A stretch of 64,000 nt of DNA from Lophium mytilinum (Eukaryota): the NCBI GenBank assembly GCA_010093605.1, contig MU004185.1:145334-209333 (forward strand), written 5' to 3'. Below, one piece after another: positions 15,076-27,310 of this stretch; position 1 is the first letter of the stretch; each line of letters starts with the position of its first letter. A program made the position numbers and the translations under genes. The notes beneath the pieces are model-generated. The model was not told the DNA's origin. It ran no database searches and saw nothing but the letters and a program-made list of their open reading frames with translations.

Positions 15076-15317
15076 TATTATAGTTATAGTGTAGAGGAGC
15101 TAAGTAGTATAAGGTAACTAGGTAGGTTAATTTTAAGAGGTTATATAAGGAGTAGAAAGAGAGGCTTCTAGGTAGAAACTATATATATAGAGAAGAGAGG
15201 CGCATAGGCGCTAGACGGGCTAGCGCGTAGGTGGCGCGAGGTAATATAATAGGTATAGAGGCAGGAGGCTAGTAATAGGTAAATATATAACTAGAGAACA
15301 GGGCGTAATCTATTATA
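15076..15317 (-). repeat. 5' LTR (242 bp)
   Basis: Runs TATTATAGTT...CTATTATA (terminal TG..CA RIPed) and is followed by the CTAGA TSD. Confidence 0.95.
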
Positions 15318-15896
15318 CTAGAATAGTAAAGGCTAATATACTTTAAATAGAGACTAAGTAGTAAGTCTAGCTTATATATAGTAGTATCTAGACTTAATAG
15401 ACTAATCTATATATAGAGAGGTTACTACTAAGCCCTTCTTCTAACTCTACTTTAAGGGCGCTAACTAATTCTTTAATCTTCTATATAGTATATATAAAAT
15501 TTTAGTTATAAAGAATAAATTAAATAAACTATAGAGAGTAGAACTTAAAAAGATACTTACTACTTAAATAACTATAATATAGTCTACTAATAGGTTTAAG
15601 TCTATAGTAACCTTTAAAGAGAAATATAGTAACCTCTAAAAGCGCTAGAGATATACTAAATACTAACTTAATTCTATAGTAAACATTCTAATCTTAAAAG
15701 GCTAAATAGAGGTAATAGATACCTACGCCCTTACTATTATTCTAATAACTATGCCTAATACTACCTATATAGTAAAGCTTACTAAGGCGCTATAAGACTA
15801 AAAGCTACTAAAGTAAGTTATAATTAAGTACTAATTTAGAATCTCTACTTAGATGCGCCCTAGCCTACCTACTAATATACTAGGTATATAATAGTA

Positions 15897-16195
15897 NNNN
15901 NNNNNNNNNNNNNNNNNNNNNNNNNNNNNNNNNNNNNNNNNNNNNNNNNNNNNNNNNNNNNNNNNNNNNNNNNNNNNNNNNNNNNNNNNNNNNNNNNNNN
16001 NNNNNNNNNNNNNNNNNNNNNNNNNNNNNNNNNNNNNNNNNNNNNNNNNNNNNNNNNNNNNNNNNNNNNNNNNNNNNNNNNNNNNNNNNNNNNNNNNNNN
16101 NNNNNNNNNNNNNNNNNNNNNNNNNNNNNNNNNNNNNNNNNNNNNNNNNNNNNNNNNNNNNNNNNNNNNNNNNNNNNNNNNNNNNNNNNNNNNNN
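15897..16195. other. Assembly gap (N run)
   Basis: Run of N characters. Confidence 1.
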
Positions 16196-18945
16196 ACTCT
16201 CTACTTAATACTATCTATACTAATAAGAAGTTTAAGGCTATAATAATAGATAGTTTTACCTAGATATACCTAGTTATATCTATACTAGATACTCTAGAAA
16301 AGTTAGTATCTATAGAAGTATAAGCTAGAGAATTTTATAGCCTTAAGTAGCCTCTAAATCTACTATAAACTATACCTCCGCTTCTAGAGTTATAGAAGGC
16401 TAAACTTCTTACCTAAACTAACCTACTATTTATTAGAATAGTAGAGAACCTACTAGTACTCTAGTATAACTACTATATCTACTCTTCTATTAATACTCTA
16501 AGTAAGTATATAGACCTAGATTATATTCTCTATTTTAAGATTACTACTTCTAATATAAAAAAGTAAAGTCTAGATAATAAGTACTAGTATGCTACTTAGA
16601 TAGCATATAAAAATATCGCCCGGTATACTATACTAGTTAACTTATTATAGAAATAGGTTAATGCCTAGACTTATAAGGAGTTTTATAAGGTATTATATAA
16701 TATAGCTACTAAAATACTTATAGTATTACCTATAACACTAAATATAGTAAATATAATAAATAATATAGTAGAGGGCTTTATAGATATAACTAAGCCTCTT
16801 TATATATATCTAGATTAGTACTAGGTTCTAATAATAGAGGATTATATACTACTAGAGGGACTATATACTATTAATATTTTCTACTAAGGCCGCTCTAACT
16901 AGTTTCTATTCCTATTTAAGTTAGTATAGGTTATAGTTAAGCAAGTTTATAACTTTAAGATAACTAGTAGACTAGAAGGGCATAGTAAATATAATATTAA
17001 GAATATTTTTAGGTACTACGCTAAGGTACTAGATAAGTTTAAGGCTGGCTAGGCTAAGGCTAGTAATAGTGCGGAGGGGGATAAATAGAATACTACTAAA
17101 GTCTACTATATTAATAGTCTAACCTTCTATATAGACTACTATATAGCTAAAGATTTTACTATATTTATTTAAGAACTAATTACTAATAGCACTATTAACT
17201 ATTATAAAGTAAGTAGCTATCTAGTAGTTAGCTATTACTACTCTACCTTTAGCTATAATAGAAGTAATAACTTCTACTCTAAGTATAATACTAGTAAAGA
17301 TAATAATACTAACTAAGATAGTACCTATACGCTATACTTAGGTAATAATAAATTAATATACTAGTAGCTAACTATCTTAAATTACATCTATAAGGCTATT
17401 TTAGACCTTAAGAACTGCGCTAGGCTCCTTAATAAAGATAGTAATAGTAGTAATAACTTAAACGCGTAAGATAATTATAGACTATAGAATCCGCGTAAAG
17501 ATAAGCTTAGCTAGAGAATGCAGGACTATATAGCTAAAGCGTTAGCTAAAATATAGTAAGTAGTAGAGGGCTACTATAATTAGAAATAATTAATAATAAT
17601 TAAAAATAATTAGATATTCTGCGGGCGGCCCGGGTAGACTATAGTATAAGAGTTACTACTAGCACTAGTTATAGGCGCCGGCAACTTAGATAGAAGGTAG
17701 TATCCCCGCTACTAATTTAAAGGTATTAGTAATCTAGAAGTCTTCTATATCTATATACTTAATTTAAAATACTAAGTTATTATTATATTTACTATAGGTT
17801 ATATATATAAATACTAGATAGTAATATATATAGCCTATAAGCTAATATCTTTCTAGGGCTAAATATCTACTAGCCTAATTTCTAGCACTATTAATAAGGG
17901 CTTAATAATTCTTTAGCTTCTCTATTAACCTAGTATAGAATAGGGCCTAGAGTTTCACCGGGGTATTATTATAAAAGTAGCTAAAGAACTTAACCTACTT
18001 CTAATAGCGCAGTATAGACTATTAAAGGAAGGCTTAAGTACTTTTATAATTTATAAGAAGATAGTTCTCTACTCTTACTACTTACTAGTTTTTATAAGTT
18101 ATCTACTCTCTATCTACCTTATTTTTATTAAGTATAGTTATTACTAATATATATACTACTAATTCTACTATATATAAGAGGCTTAAGCGGCTAAATTAGT
18201 AATATTATAAAACTCCCTACCTAACTAGCGCCTTCTAGCTATTATCTAATTTTGCGCCGGCTAAGAGAGACGCGGAGTTTAACCTAGGCTACTTAATGCG
18301 CATCTAATATTACTATCTTATAGCTATTCTATAACTAGTACTTACCCTAGTAGCTATCTTCTTAATAACGCTAGTACTCTTAGTAGATGCCTGTTAACTC
18401 TATTCTACTAGACTAGTAATATATTACCGCCTAGCGCTTACTTTATAGAAGAGAGTAATATACTTAGACTTAGTATCTTCTTCTATATTACCTAGATAGT
18501 ACTTGCCTAGAGTTAAGAGTTCTTTACTATAGCTAGTAACTGCGGTAGAAAGTTAGATACTAGAAATTAGTAAGAGGTAATACTTACTTTTAATATACGC
18601 TGTACTATTAAAACTAGAAAAACTAGATATAACTACTAGTATATACTTAAAACTACGCCTACTATAAAGGTTTATACTAGCTATAAAAAATATAGAAATA
18701 ATAGAAATAATTATATATAGGCTTTAGAGTTACAGTTTAAAAAAGTAAGCTATAGTCTTTAATGCGTAGATATATTAAGGTTCTAGGCTAATAGAATAGC
18801 CCGCCCCCTATTAGAACGCGTTACATGCTATTAAAGAATAATAAGTGCTATATACTAGCCTATAATTTAATATAATCTATAATAATTACTTATAATCTAT
18901 AAGTTTCTATATAGGGCTAACTAAATTTAACTAGAAATAGAGTAT

Positions 18946-21900
18946 ATACCTTCTACTAAATATAGATACTACTATAAGTTATTCTAAATACTTAGCGCCC
19001 TAAATAAATATATACTATACTATAAAAAGCTTCTTAAAATACTATAGCAGATTCTACTTACTAATACTAAAACTACTAGATCTATAATCTAGTCTTATAT
19101 ACTCTATATTATTTAGATAATAGATAGAATATTATTTAGAATACCTAAATTACTACTAGTAAGTCTACCCCTACTAGCTAACCTCTATAATAAGATAGAG
19201 TATAAGATAAATAAAATAGAGCTATATATCTCTAGTAAACTAAAAAAGTACTAGAGTCTACCTTTTATAAATAGAGGCCCTATAAGCTTAATATATAATA
19301 ACCCGCTAGAGGCTACTAAATTCTATATTCTATACTAATAAGGCTAACTAATAATATTATCTATATTATTACTATAAAAGGAAGTATATTTCTCTACTAA
19401 ATTAGGTATACCTATAGAGGTGTCTATTAGACAGGCTAATACTAGATAGTAGATATAAGTATTATTAGGGACCGCTATTCCCCCCGCCTATAAAGGCGGC
19501 ATTAGAGCTTACTAACTAGTTACTCTATTATAGGGACTAATCCCCCTTCTATCTATTCTAATTAGTATTTAACTATACTTTTATATTATAGCTTTAGTAG
19601 ATTAGCTATACTAAGAATAATATTAACCTACTATTTAATAATATCTACCTTAAGAGTATATTCTCTAACTTTTTTATATTTATATTAGGCGATTTATAGA
19701 ATAGTAAACTAGAGGAAATTAAATATAGCATTAGTAATACTAACTATATAGTAGAGATGCTATATTTCTTAAGTAAAAAATAAAGCTTAAGTAGAGAGTA
19801 GTATCTAGTATACTACTTTAATATAATAGTAGCTATATTATTTCTAATTAGACACCGCCTTTTCTATAATTACCTTATATTTATACTAGTTTAAGTCTAT
19901 AATATAAAAGGCTAGTAGGTATATACTAAGTTATATATATTAGACTAGTAGTAGTAGACTTAGTTAAAGCTTCTAGTAGAAGCTATAGTAATACTTATCT
20001 TGCTCTCTATAGATAAAATATAGCTTACCTAATATTATAGTAATAAGAGCGCATAGCTAGTCTATCTAACTATTAGTAACCTAGATAGGACTATGCGGCG
20101 CTTAAATATATTACCTAGCACTCTACTACTAGGCTTTATACTAAGTATAGTAGATAAAGAAGACTACTTAAAGTATTAGCTATACTATAGCTCTTTAGGC
20201 TATATTCTTAGGCGTTAGTAAAATTCTTACTAATACTAAGTAGTTTTCTAATATAAAATAAGCTATTATAGAATATACTACTAATAGAATTATACTAGAA
20301 TATAGAGATAGTAAGAATTAAAGGTGCTATCTAGTATTATATAGAATTATAGCTAATTATAAAGAATAGAGCCTACTTATAGATATTAAATTTAAAAAAC
20401 ACTATACTATATACTAGGTACTATTATATTAATGTAAAGACCTAGAGACTAAATATACTATAAGGTCTTACTACTTAACTATTATTTAGATTAAATAGTA
20501 ATATAATAATAAAGAGCATTTAAAACTTCTACTAAATAAAGCGCTATATAATATAGAGGCTATAGAGCTTAATATAGAGTTATATATATATTCTATAAAT
20601 AACTTTACCTAGAAACACCCCTATACTAATATCTACTAGATAATAATAATAGATATTCTATACTAACTATTTACAGGCGTTATTTACAACCTTATTAAAT
20701 AGGTCTAGCTACTAGTAGCAGAGGTCTACACCCTAGTAATTAGAAGAAAAGATGCCTGTATCCTAATAGAAAATAAGAGCAGCTTAACCTAGCTAGATAA
20801 GTAATTTAAGAATATGCCGCCTTTCCCGGGTCTATCTACATTTAATAAGAAGAATTTTAGTAAACTTTTATAGTATACTAGCTCTAAATAAAAGTCTATA
20901 GCCCGCTAGCTTATAGTAGTAGTAGTACCGCTGCTAGAAGTAAAGGCGCTAAACGCGCTCTAGTTTATCTATATAATACTTAATTTTACTATTCTAGCGT
21001 AGTATAAAATATATAATAAGGCTACACTAGAGTATATAGAGCTAGTAATAGCTTAAATTAATATATATAAGTTAGAATTTAGAATATTTAGACCTAGAAA
21101 TAAAAATAGAAACTACGCCTTCTACTATCTAAAATTCTATATTATGCAGCACTATATTAATTTTATATAGAAATTTGGCGCCATTAATAGCTATAATACT
21201 AGCTTAAATAGTAAAGTAAAATACTAACACCTAGTTAAATTATAGTATTAGTTAATAAACTATAAGAACTTTCTACCCTAGATCTACTAATTAAACTAGA
21301 GACTTATAAATAACTAGGCTATAAATAATATACTAAACTACTAATATTACTATTCTTAACTAGTAGTAATAAGAGATATGCTAATATAATAGATAATAGT
21401 ATTAGAAAGTATTAATATCTTAAACTTTAAATAGCCTAGATATAATAATTCCTATAAAGGCTAAATAGTATACTATTTAAAAGTAAGTATTAAGTATATA
21501 GCTAATATAAGCTGGAAGCTAAACTTTATAGCCGCCGCCGCCGTATTTATTTAAGAAGAGAGGTGTAAGATCTAAGGCTAATATACTAAGCCTAGTAGCC
21601 TAGATATATTAAACCCTAATCTATTCTAGGTTAGCTACCTCTAGCTTAAGTTCCACGCTAGTATTTTATATTAAAAGTAATTAGGTGCTAGTAAGAACCT
21701 AGAAAGCCTTATAAAAGAAAATCTATAGTGTAACCCTAAGTAGTAGAACTAAAAATAGTAATATAACTATCTATAGATGTAAGAGTATAGCTTAGACTAT
21801 ACTAAAAATAGAAAGACACGCGTTAGTATTACTAATAGAAGGTTAGTAGAGTAGCTATAATTTATAGTAACTATTATAGACTCTATTCTAAAGGGTAAAA

Positions 21901-22220
21901 ATACCCTATAGGTAGTATACTCTAGAGTTTTTATTCGCCTTCTAGTACTAATTAATAATAGAAAGCTATATTATATCTATAGCCTAGTAGAGGTAGCTTC
22001 TTAGGCTTTTAATAATAGCTACTGCTAATAAAAGCTAGAAGTATATTAATTCTATCTACTACTATAAGTTCTCTAAAGTATATATATTATACTAGCTACC
22101 TCTAGCCTAGACTCTACCTATTTTTTTATTAATAACTATATTAACTAGGATTAATATAATATACTCTATATAGAAGACTAGAAGATAAAGGCGCAAGAGA
22201 TAATAAGGTAGTACTAGCTT
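18946..22220 (+). pseudogene. RIP-inactivated Plavaka-family transposase (PF18759-like); boundaries approximate
   Basis: Motifs in order: SPFYLF*LVFNYTF (~19,540); LLSIDKI*LT*YYSNKSA*LVYLTISNLDRTMRR (de-RIP STDKTQLT...GDKSAWPVYLTIGNL, ~20,000-20,100); IDILY*LFTG (~DILHQL.G, ~20,650); LDK*FKNMPPFPGL (~20,795); FYYLKFYIMQHYINFI*KFG (~F..PKFH...HY..FI.KFG, ~21,120); FFINNYIN*D*YNILY (~NNYIDWDQYNTLY, ~22,125). A possible N-terminal C2H2-like finger starts at 18,946. Confidence 0.85.
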
Positions 22221-25200
22221 AGTAGTTGCACTAAAGAGATTAAAGCTGCTCTAAGAGTTAAAGATATAGTAGAGATTTTAGTAAAGCGTATAAGAGTAAG
22301 AGTACTTACTAACGCCTCTCTTCTATAACTAAGCTAGTAAATACTAAGAAGTAGTTTAGTAAAAAGGGGCTATAGTACTAGTAAGTAATAGTATAGATAG
22401 AAATAAGGCTATAAAAAAAGATATTCTTAATTTTTCCCTACTATTAAGAGATAATTAAGTATTATTTAGCTTTATTAACCTCTAAGGCTAATTAATATAA
22501 GATAATAACTATGTACTTTCCTATATAATTTCTATAATACTAGGTAATACTAGTATACTCTACTAGCGCTACCTTACTTTACTTTTTAAAATTATATATT
22601 ACTACCTTTACCTATTTCTCTTTACTAATAACGGCCGCCTAATTAAATTTACCGGCTACTTAAACTTACTACCCTCTAATTACTTTCTTTTTTTAATACT
22701 TTATAGTAATTAATCCTAAATAGCGCCTATAGTAAGCACGTTATCTATACTAGAGATTCTAGGCTATAGTTAAGTTATAAACCGCTTTCTAGTAGGTTAA
22801 TACTATAAAATAGAGGTATAAGGTGTAGACCTTAATATACTTAAACTATACTTGCCTATTCTAGTCTAGTTAAATGTAGATAAACCTCTCTCTAAACCGG
22901 GTTAGAACTATAAAATACTCTCTACCTTTACTAGAGCGTATATATTTAAAGAGGGGAATATCTTCTACCTCTATAACTTTAAGTATATTAGTAATAATAC
23001 TCTATATTTTAGCTCTATTAAACTAATACCCGCAAGCTATATAATATTCTAGCTAATAATACTAAGCTAATAGAATAAGTATTTTATTAATTAAAGCTAT
23101 ATCTATCTATATATAGTTAGAATATAATTCTCTTATAGCTCTATACTATAAGATATAATACTAAGATAAATTATCTAGAAGAGTTAGTAAGTATTAGCCT
23201 ACTTAAAAAGGTAAGTAAGCACTTTCTCTTCTATAGATACCTACTAATATAATGTCCCTTTTCTAGCTATTTAGGTAATACTATTAAGACTCTATTATCT
23301 ATAATACTTATATATATATATTACTAGGTAAGATACTAACCTTTACCCTTCTAAAATTCTTCTATATATACGGTCGCGTCTACTATATAGACCTAAATAC
23401 TAATAAATACTTTAGCCTATAACTATTATCTTCTACTATAATATATATAGATTGCGGATCCGCTAGCCTTATAGATAAGTATACTAGTCCGGACCTGCTC
23501 TAACTAAATATAGTTAACTAGTTAATAATACTTTAAAACCTTTTAAGCGATATCTATATATAATATATTATTAATAATAAATAATAGTTAAACTATAACC
23601 TACTAAAGCCTTTTAATCTAGAGAACTTTTAGTACTTAGTTAATCTATATATAATAGAACTTACTAACTATAAAACTAATTTAGAGATAAGTAAAGTATT
23701 TAAGTTAGAATTTAAGCCTAATGCAGATAATATAGAAAAGAAGAAAATAGAAATAGAGGTAGGTAAGATAGATAATACTAAAGTAGAGATAGAGGTAGAT
23801 AATATAAAGATAGAGAATAGCGGGTAGAAGGCTCCTCTTAAGTATACTTAAGTTATATAGTAGGCGGTATATATAGTTAGTCTAGACCCCTAAATATAGT
23901 AGTTTATTCTATAATAGCATCTATATTTAAGTATAAGATATAATAGGGTTTTAAAAATATTAATGCATAAGTTAATTACTAGTAATTTAATTTTTCTTAC
24001 TACCTATATACTTAACCCTTTTCTTTTATAGATTATTAATTATAATTAGAGATTATATATATCTCCCTTTTATAATTAGAGTTAGCCTGCTACTTATATT
24101 ATTTTACCCGTCTTAATTCTATTACACCCCTCCTTATTAAGTAGGGCTACTACTTATTTAAACACCGCGCAGGTATATATAAGTTAGTTATACTAGTTAA
24201 GATTTACGCCCTATAAACTATTTAAAGTAATACCTAGAGTAGCTAATATTAGGGGCTATATCCCTAATAATATTAAAAGGCATTCTATTAGTAGACCTAC
24301 TACCCTATTTAATAGACCTAAATTCTTTCTCTAATTCTAAAGTAGTATATATTATTCTTTACCTTTAGGCTCTAACGCTAGAAGACCGCCCTTTATAGAG
24401 CCTAGTATTGCCTATAGCTTCTACTCTATTACCTCTAATACTTAATATAATTAATTATAATTAGAGATTATTACCCTCTTATAATAGTATAAAGTCTATC
24501 TTAACTATCTAACTTCTTAGGCTATATAGTATTATCTATTATCTAAGCTAAGGCTATAAACCTGCTTTACCTAGTAGGCGCGTATTATATTATAGCTAGT
24601 AAAGACCTTTACCTTCTCTACTAATAACTAAGTAGGCTAGTAAGTAAAATTTAACTCTAACCTTACTCTTATATATAAGCCTTACTATACTCTTTCTTAC
24701 TATATTACTAATAGCTTAATAGCCTAAGTTACTATAACTCTACTACTATAATAGAGTAGATAGTAGTCTACTAGAATAGACTAGTAGACCTTACTATTAC
24801 TATCTATATTAATAGCTATATAGACTACTTTAAAGCGCTATATACTATATATAGTAGAGATAATCTAGAGAAAGCTACTATATTTCCCTAGCGCCCTTAG
24901 AAAGATATTACTAACTTTAAGATTAAATATAATATACTTATCTAGTCTATATATAAGTATTTACTATACCTAGTTCTAAGTTAAGAATTAGGTAATATAA
25001 AGGGCGGCTAGTCTAATAAGCTAGAGATAAAGACTATACTAGAGGTAGTAAAAAAGGCCTATAGAGATAGCTCTAAGAGCTTCTTTATTAAGAATTAGGC
25101 CTATATAAGTCTATCTACTACTTCTCTATTTATATCTACTAACTATTTACTAGTATAAGAAGCTTATAGTATCTATAGTTCTAGATAAAAGTAGCTTTAA

Positions 25201-25679
25201 ATACTCTAGAGGTAAAGAAGATATAGTAGTATAGCTATATAAGGGCTATAGACTTTAAGTTAATATATCTATAAATATACTTAATATTACTAGCAGCGTA
25301 GTACTAATTATATATATAAGCTATACTTTAATACCTACTCTACTAAGTATATTCTAATCTATAATTATTAATATAGATATTAGAAAGACCTTCTACTACT
25401 ACTAAGATCTAAAATATATACTACTACTATATATAAAAAGATTATATATTTACTAACCTATATTTAGTTCTCTTACTAATATATACCTACTTTATTAACT
25501 CTAAAGATAGTTCTATATTTAAAGTTAGCCTTATAAACCTAATATTATTCTACTTAAATTATACTACTTTAGGTAAGGCTATTAGCTACCATATAGCTAT
25601 ATATAGGGAGAAAGAGGAGAAAGATAACTATAATCTCTAACTAGAAGTCTAAATTTATACTAAGTATATTCTTGCAGTT

Positions 25680-25825
25680 AAGCTATAGATCTTAATATTC
25701 TAGAAGACTAGAAGTATATAAGTAGCGCTATTATTACTAGAGACTTATATCTTTATAGATAAGCTATAGACCTTAATATACTAGAAGACTAGAGGTATAT
25801 AAGAGGCGCTATTATTACTAGAGAC
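25680..25825 (+). repeat. Tandem duplication, 81-bp period, 2 copies
   Basis: AAGCTATAGA(T/C)CTTAATAT..TAGAAGACTAGA.GTATATAAG...CGCTATTATTACTAGAGAC occurs at 25,680 and 25,761. Confidence 0.85.
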
Positions 25826-27172
25826 CTTAGTAATAGCTAAGGCTAAAGAGAAGAACTTAGAAATAGTAGTATTAGGATAAGAGACTTAAGGTATAATCTT
25901 AAAGAATAAATATAAAGCGCTACCTAATAAACTAGAGCCTATAGACCTTATAGAAAATAAAAATAAATTAGATATATACTACTTTAATAATAGAAAGAAC
26001 TAGGTAAAGAAAGTTAACTAGAATAAAGAAAATACTATAGAGAAGGTATTATCTATAAAAAACCTAGATAGCTTAGAGGCGGTAGAGGTAGCCTTATATA
26101 AGGCTAAAATAGGCCTAATTATAGCTTAGACTAGCGTTAAAAAGGCCTTAGAAATTATATATACTTATATAGTAAGAGATAAAAAGAAGAATACTAACCC
26201 TACTATCTTCTACTCCCCTAATATTATCTAAGAGACGCCTAAAAGTAGATATAGAAGGCGTGTACGCTTAGTATAGTAAGTACCTTCTTAAGAAATTACT
26301 AATTTTCTAGTATATATATAGATAGAAAGCGGCCTTAAATAGAACTATATAAGTCTACTTATATATACTCTCTATATACCTTTTATACTTTTATACTACT
26401 ACTAAGTTAACTTTTAATAGATGTGTAGTATATATATATACCTTATATTTTAGAGCCTACCTCCGCCCTAAGCTCTAACTTAAAAACTACTTATCTATCT
26501 ACTTTTAATATAAACCCTCTAAACTATATATACTTAAAAATACTACTAGTCTTATAATACCTATTTAGAGATATTCTATAGTTATAATACCTAGCGCGTT
26601 AAGCTATAATATAAGGGATTAAATCTAAGGCTAATTAAGAATAACTATTAGTAATAATAGTATACTACTATAAAGATATACTTATATAAGATTCTAATAG
26701 TATACTTAAGAAAAAAGTATATAGTAACTATTAGTTAAAATATATGCGCCTAAGCCTTAAATTTCTAGCGCCTACCCGCATATATAATAGAACTATTCTT
26801 CTCTATTCTATAGGTATAAAAGCCTACCCTGCATCTCTTTCTCTATACTATAGAGTAGTAGAAGGTAGTAAGAGTTAAAAAGGTAGAAGAGTTATAGTAG
26901 AGATTAACTTAAGGCTAACTATTTAGAATATAGCGGGTATTAAAATTATATATACTAATAAATTATAGTAGAGGCTAAAGCTAGTAGAAACTTATTTAAG
27001 AAGCTAGAATATAGAGAATAAAAGATAGTACATAGATATAGCTTACTAATAGTATCTACTATAATAGAAAGCTAATAGCGCACTAATATCTAGATTAGTA
27101 GTTAGACTAGTATAGTTCTATAGAGCTATATTAGGTAAAGATAATATACTCTAGTATTACTAGCTTATATTA

Positions 27173-27310
27173 TCTACTAAGCTTTTCTATCTCTTTTACT
27201 CTACTCTATAAGCTTTTTTATCTACTAAATTTCTCTATTTCTTCTACTCTACTCTATAGAATTTTTTTTCTACTAAGTTTTTCTATTTCTCCCGCTCTAC
27301 TCTATATAAT
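27173..27310 (-). repeat. Tandem repeat, 48-bp period, 3 copies (K/E-rich on minus strand)
   Basis: TCTACTAA...CTCTACTCTATA units start at 27,173, 27,221 and 27,269. Confidence 0.8.

Larger units (their letters stand above)
7242..15317 (-). mobile_element. Full-length Ty3/Gypsy LTR retrotransposon (chromovirus), RIP-inactivated
   Basis: Two 242-bp LTRs; CTAGA TSD at 7,237-7,241 and 15,318-15,322; polypurine tract next to the left LTR. Minus-strand domain order: gag with CCHC-like KCFRY..Y (~12,540), protease YLNYRAT (~LDCGAT, ~12,090), RT SKLNIISAFNYI*MREG and TYIDNVL (~YxDD, 10,832-10,850), RNase H TNASNY and NYKIYNKKLLTIVKAFKE*R (~10,210-10,375), integrase YPKTNR*IENAN (~HPETDGQTE, ~8,810-8,850), chromodomain (~7,960-8,155). 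Confidence 0.95.
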
